A stretch of 59,295 nt of DNA from a virus (lineage: Duplodnaviria > Caudoviricetes): the IMG/VR virus record IMGVR_UViG_3300031963_000162, positions 1 to 59,295 of that record. The stretch is one strand, 5' to 3'. How positions within the stretch are numbered: position 1 is the first letter of the stretch; each line of letters starts with the position of its first letter. The notes under the pieces were generated by a model that saw nothing but the letters and a program-made list of their open reading frames with translations, did no database searches and was not told where the DNA came from. The translations under genes were made by a program, and so were the position numbers. Positions 55,131-59,295 of the stretch are shown one piece after another.

Positions 55131-55138
55131 GGTTAACG

Positions 55139-55669
55139 ATGGCACACTTTGCTCAATTAGATGAAAACAATGTTGTAACGCAGGTGATCGTTGTGCATAA
55201 CAGCGAGCTTGTGGAGAGCAAGCAGACGACCGTTAATGAGGACGGCAGCGTATCTGTGGCTGTGGTTGAGTCAGAGCAGCGCGGAATTGATTTCTGTAAG
55301 TCCTTGTTTGGTGATGACACGCGCTGGGTGCAGACAAGCTACAACAACAGCTTCCGTGGCAAGTACGCAGGTGTGGGCGATACGTTTGAGGATGGGGTGT
55401 TTGTGGCTCCTCCGCCACCCGTTATTGAAGTGATCGAGGTTCCGCAGCAGACCGAGTCGGTCGCCGCTCTGGAATCCGCTTCAGTTCAGGCTTTGACCTC
55501 TGACGACATTCAAGCGTTGACTTCCACTGACGTGCAGGCATTAGCCAGTCTGGAGGTACAGGCGCTGACATCCATTGATGTGCAGGCTTTGACTAGTTCC
55601 GACGTACAGGCACTGACCTCTGCCGACATCTCCGCGCTCACAACCAGCGACATTTCTTCTTTGGGGTAA
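55139..55669 (+). CDS. Tail-fibre-associated protein with C-terminal octapeptide repeats
   Basis: MAHFAQLDENN.V.QVIVV, W.QTSYN..FR..YAG.G.T; then (VQALTSxD)n. Confidence 0.65.
   Translation: MAHFAQLDENNVVTQVIVVHNSELVESKQTTVNEDGSVSVAVVESEQRGIDFCKSLFGDDTRWVQTSYNNSFRGKYAGVGDTFEDGVFVAPPPPVIEVIEVPQQTESVAALESASVQALTSDDIQALTSTDVQALASLEVQALTSIDVQALTSSDVQALTSADISALTTSDISSLG
55459..55666 (+). repeat. About eight 24-bp in-frame repeats encoding [VI]QALTSxD
   Basis: VAALESAS VQALTSDD IQALTSTD VQALASLE VQALTSID VQALTSSD VQALTSAD ISALTTSD ISSLG. Confidence 0.8.
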
Positions 55670-55672
55670 GTC

Positions 55673-57823
55673 ATGACTGTACAGTACCAAGGCGTATGGT
55701 CGTTACAGAGTGCTGCACAGCTACAGTCCACGCAGCGGTGGGTGACTGACCCTCTATACAAGAACACGACGCTGCTGCTCCAAGCCGACGACGCGGCTAA
55801 CGGTGCGCAGAACAACACGTTCCTAGACTCCAGCAGCAACAGCTTTGCCATCACCCGTAACGGGAATACCACGCAGGGTAGCTTCACGCCGTTTAGCTTA
55901 CAGCCGGGGGCGTGGAGTAACTACTTTAATGGTAGCTCTGATTATTTAAGAATCGCTGACAATGCTGCTTTTGACTTTGGTACAGGTGCGTTCTGTATTG
56001 AGATGTGGTTCATGCTCACCGCAGATGCTGCGCAGAACGGAGAGACCAACAGAGAGGCTACGTTACTTGGGGCATTCCCAGACAGCGGCACTTTGGCAAA
56101 TACTTATGCTATAGGGATTGGCGGGAATAGCGCGACCACAGGAACAGCTATCGCATTTAGCATAAGACAAGGTGACACAATTGCCTATAACCAAGTATAC
56201 ACAGCGCCAATTACCAAAAACGAATGGCATCATGTAGTTGTGTGCCGTTCGGGCAATAACTTTGCGATGTTCTACGATGGCTTGAGAGTATCGTCAAATG
56301 CTTCTTACACCTACTCGGTAGATACGGCCCACAGCGTAAAAATCGGAGCATTGATATACCCAACATACAATCATTACTTTCCGGGGTATATCTCTAACGT
56401 CAGGATAGTCAAAGGTGCGTCTGTATACACGCCGACGAACACTAGTATTGTTGTTCCGAACATTCCGCTGGGTGCAACTAGTGGTGGTCAGACCCCACCG
56501 ACGGGCACCCAAACTTCGCTGCTTACTTGTCAGTCAAATCGTTTTGTAGATAACGGTGGACTGGTTACGCCTAACACCATCACCATCGGCGGCGGCACTC
56601 CCTCCGTCCAAGCCTTCTCGCCTTTCGCGCCACAGTTCCAGTGGACGCCGAGTGTCATTGGCGGGTCGGGATACTTTGATGGGAGTGGGGATTGGCTTTC
56701 ATTTTCCAGCAACGCTGCTTTTACCGTTGGCACAGGTAGCTTGACTATTGAAGCGTGGATATATGTAACGTCGCTTTCTCAAACATTTCAAGGAATTATT
56801 TCAGGCAGAGCAGATGCAAGCCCAAACTTCCCCGGACTCGGATTGGTTATCGACAACAGCCAACTGTTTTTTACAATATTAAACATTGGAACTGGCTTAA
56901 GAGACTCTGCCAACGTCCCTTTGAATCAGTGGGTTCATGTCGTGGGTGTTCGCTCTGGGACAAATGCAGCGTTGTTTGTTAACGGCGCACGAAAAGCATT
57001 TTCTGCCAGCAACTCCGATAACGGCACATCAAGTGACATGGTAATTGGTAGGTATTACCCAGCAACAAACAACTATTACTTTAGTGGATATATTGCGGGT
57101 GCAAGATTGCTAAAGGGAACCGCTGCATACGACCCAACACAGACAACCATTACTATACCGACTGCACCTGCAACGCCTGTTGCTAACACTTCATTTTTGA
57201 CCAACTTCACCAACGCCGGTATTTACGACGGCACGATGAAGAACAACTTGGAGACCGTGGGCAACGCACAGGTCAGCACGGCTGTTGTGAAGTACGGCAG
57301 TGGGTCGATGTACTTCGATGGTACGGGGGATTATCTATCCTTACCCGTGCAACGGACGATTGAGCTAGGGAGTGCGGATTGGACGTTTGAGACTTGGGTT
57401 TACATGAACACCGTTTCTTCTCAACAATCCATCATTTACTTAAATGGGAATACCTCTGGGTATGCAGCATTAAACCTACAGGTACAGAGTGGCGCATTGA
57501 ATTTGTGGCTGTCTGCTAACGGCAGTTCTTGGTCTTTGCAGCAAAACACGATTGGCACGATTGCCGCCAATGCTTGGAACCACATCGCGGTGGTAAAGGT
57601 TGGCACAAATATTAAAGTGTATATAAACGGCACAAACGTATCTGGGAATGGTTACACAGTAGCAGCGTCGCTTATGACAACGTATACGGTAAATCAGATA
57701 GGTGTTTACAACGCATCGTCATATAACCTGAACGGGTACTTGGATGACATGCGCTTGACGTTAGGCATCGCCCGTTACACACAGAACTTCATCCCGCCCA
57801 GCGTGGCATTGCCAAGACAGTAA
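55673..57823 (+). CDS. Tail fibre / receptor-binding protein with three LamG (concanavalin A-like) domains
   Basis: Three YF[DN]G..D.L ... TIE.W ... W.H....R/K.G ... GYI..VR..KG units. Confidence 0.8.
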   Translation: MTVQYQGVWSLQSAAQLQSTQRWVTDPLYKNTTLLLQADDAANGAQNNTFLDSSSNSFAITRNGNTTQGSFTPFSLQPGAWSNYFNGSSDYLRIADNAAFDFGTGAFCIEMWFMLTADAAQNGETNREATLLGAFPDSGTLANTYAIGIGGNSATTGTAIAFSIRQGDTIAYNQVYTAPITKNEWHHVVVCRSGNNFAMFYDGLRVSSNASYTYSVDTAHSVKIGALIYPTYNHYFPGYISNVRIVKGASVYTPTNTSIVVPNIPLGATSGGQTPPTGTQTSLLTCQSNRFVDNGGLVTPNTITIGGGTPSVQAFSPFAPQFQWTPSVIGGSGYFDGSGDWLSFSSNAAFTVGTGSLTIEAWIYVTSLSQTFQGIISGRADASPNFPGLGLVIDNSQLFFTILNIGTGLRDSANVPLNQWVHVVGVRSGTNAALFVNGARKAFSASNSDNGTSSDMVIGRYYPATNNYYFSGYIAGARLLKGTAAYDPTQTTITIPTAPATPVANTSFLTNFTNAGIYDGTMKNNLETVGNAQVSTAVVKYGSGSMYFDGTGDYLSLPVQRTIELGSADWTFETWVYMNTVSSQQSIIYLNGNTSGYAALNLQVQSGALNLWLSANGSSWSLQQNTIGTIAANAWNHIAVVKVGTNIKVYINGTNVSGNGYTVAASLMTTYTVNQIGVYNASSYNLNGYLDDMRLTLGIARYTQNFIPPSVALPRQ

Positions 57824-57832
57824 GGACAGGAC

Positions 57833-58486
57833 ATGAGTAGGGGCGACGACAATTGTTATTTATATTTGATAACAAACACCGTGAACGAAAAAGCATACAT
57901 AGGCATTTCGTCTAACCCGTCCCAGCGGTTTAGTTGTCATGGCGGCTTGCATCAAGCAAGAAAAATGGCAATAGCTCGTGCTATGCGTAAACACGGTAAG
58001 TCAAGTTTCCAACTACAGGTATTGGCAAACGGTAGCCGTTCCTATTGCGAGGCCTTGGAAAAAAGAGCCATAGTGTCTTTCAATACAGCCATTCCAAGTG
58101 GATACAACATTGCAAAAGGCGGTCAGGGATGCCCACTGGTTCCATCAAGCGTGATGGATTTAAGGAATAAAAAAATAAGCGATGCCTTAAAGGGCAGGTC
58201 TTTGAGTGATGCTCACAAAAGCAAGATCGCAGCGACTTTGCGTGGCAGGCCTTTAGCAGAGGCTACAAAGCAAAAACTCAGTGCGGTGTTGAAGGGCAGA
58301 GTTCATAGCAAGGATCATAAGGAAAAGATAGGCCTTGCGTTGGCTAATAAGCCAAAAGTCAAAACCGAGGGTAGGATAGCGGGTGAAATTAAGCATAGCG
58401 AAACGCTTCGCAAGAGATGGCAAGACCCAGAATTTAGGGAAATGATGATGGCTGCACGACGCAAAAAGGTACAAAATCATGAGTAA
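57833..58486 (+). CDS. GIY-YIG homing endonuclease with NUMOD3 repeats (free-standing)
   Basis: YLYLITN.VN.KAYIG.S....R...H, A..KHG, E...I, GYNI..GG; three KISDALKGR.LS..HK-type repeats. Confidence 0.85.
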   Translation: MSRGDDNCYLYLITNTVNEKAYIGISSNPSQRFSCHGGLHQARKMAIARAMRKHGKSSFQLQVLANGSRSYCEALEKRAIVSFNTAIPSGYNIAKGGQGCPLVPSSVMDLRNKKISDALKGRSLSDAHKSKIAATLRGRPLAEATKQKLSAVLKGRVHSKDHKEKIGLALANKPKVKTEGRIAGEIKHSETLRKRWQDPEFREMMMAARRKKVQNHE

Positions 58487-59295
58487 ATTTCCGGGGCGCG
58501 TGATCACTGACCTTGCACCGGCGGGGTACTCGGTCTTTTTTGATGGGACGGGGGATTGGCTACAAACGCCTAGCAATGCCGCATTTGGTTTTGGTACTGG
58601 GGATGCAACTGTTGAGGCATGGATTTATCCCACTACTGTGGCTGGAACGCAGGTATTTATAGATACTCGTGTTAGTGCTGCTGCTGGTATTGGTTTTTAT
58701 CTGTCAGGATCAACACTTACTGTTGCCAAAGATTTTGCAACAAACTTACTACAAGGCGGAACTGTTACGGTAAATGCTTGGAATCATGTAGCATGGACTC
58801 GATCTGGTAGTACAAATCGTTTATTTTTAAATGGTGTGCAAACTACCAGCACAACAGATTCAACTAATTACCCCACGGCAAAATGTGTTATAGGAGCCAA
58901 CGATACGGGGGGCCAAAACTTAACTGGTTACATATCGAACGTCCGTATTATCAAAGGCACCGCTCTTTACACCGCAGCGTTCACGCCGCCTACCCAGCTA
59001 TTTAACATCACCAACACTCAACTACTGACCTGTAACTCGCCAGCAATCATCGATCAGAGCAGCAACAACTTCGCCATCACGGTCAATGGCAACTCAGCAG
59101 TCTCCACCTTCACCCCGTTCACGGCATACGTTCCGTACAACCCAGCCTTGGGCGCATCAACACCGGGAGTATGGACAGTTGATGAGGCGATGCAAGCCGC
59201 TGCTACTCGGCAGTGGAACATGTACGACCCGTACTTCAACCTGACAACTCTACTACTGCATGGCAACGGCACGAACGGCGCACAGAACAATACCT
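58479..59295 (+). CDS. Second LamG-domain tail fibre protein, partial (not in ORF track)
   Basis: Own translation MSKFPGRVITDLAPAGYSVFFDGTGDWLQ...TVEAWIY...WNHVAWTRSG...GYISNVRIIKG...NGAQNNT, open to window end. Confidence 0.8.
   Translation, partial: MSKFPGRVITDLAPAGYSVFFDGTGDWLQTPSNAAFGFGTGDATVEAWIYPTTVAGTQVFIDTRVSAAAGIGFYLSGSTLTVAKDFATNLLQGGTVTVNAWNHVAWTRSGSTNRLFLNGVQTTSTTDSTNYPTAKCVIGANDTGGQNLTGYISNVRIIKGTALYTAAFTPPTQLFNITNTQLLTCNSPAIIDQSSNNFAITVNGNSAVSTFTPFTAYVPYNPALGASTPGVWTVDEAMQAAATRQWNMYDPYFNLTTLLLHGNGTNGAQNNT

Noticed and set aside
45477-58486. Group I introns housing the two GIY-YIG genes
   Set aside because: Both lie between intact genes with almost no flanking non-coding sequence for an intron core.
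55673-59295. Diversity-generating retroelement acting on tail fibres
   Set aside because: No reverse transcriptase in the window and no near-identical repeat pair differing only at adenines.
1-59295. tRNA genes, integrase/att sites, RNA polymerase, alternative genetic code
   Set aside because: No cloverleaf with a T-loop consensus noticed in intergenic gaps; no recombinase or RNAP motifs; genes are intact in the standard code and all three stop codons are used. tRNAscan-SE was not run.

Overview
Most of the genome of a tailed dsDNA bacteriophage with a podovirus-like layout (no tape measure or sheath gene; large ejection-type proteins). The window starts in the 3' end of a spanin-like gene and ends inside a LamG tail-fibre gene. 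Order: tail/ejection genes (0.1-13.8 kb); a minus-strand PD-(D/E)XK nuclease + SNF2 helicase pair; a replication operon (SSB, primase, UvrD-like helicase, Leu762-type PolA; 16-22.8 kb); small accessory ORFs (23-28.2 kb); an AT-rich origin-like region at a GC-skew switch (28.2-28.65 kb); terS; an island of four promoter/hairpin/TACAGGGAGAAAA cassettes and a repeat-rich non-coding block (30-33.55 kb); HNH, terL, a 1223-aa protein, portal, GroES, scaffold, major capsid, adaptors and tail fibres, with two free-standing GIY-YIG endonucleases. The host is probably a betaproteobacterium (inference). Best leads: a dnaX-like -1 frameshift signal (A AAA AAG + 11-bp stem) in the 1223-aa gene; a three-way-junction RNA leader whose loop can pair with the downstream Shine-Dalgarno; a short [FYM]-x-x-GG-x-V peptide motif shared by several unrelated virion-region proteins; the origin-like inverted repeat; and the early-cassette island between terS and terL. 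All family assignments are from motif recognition by eye; no searches were run.
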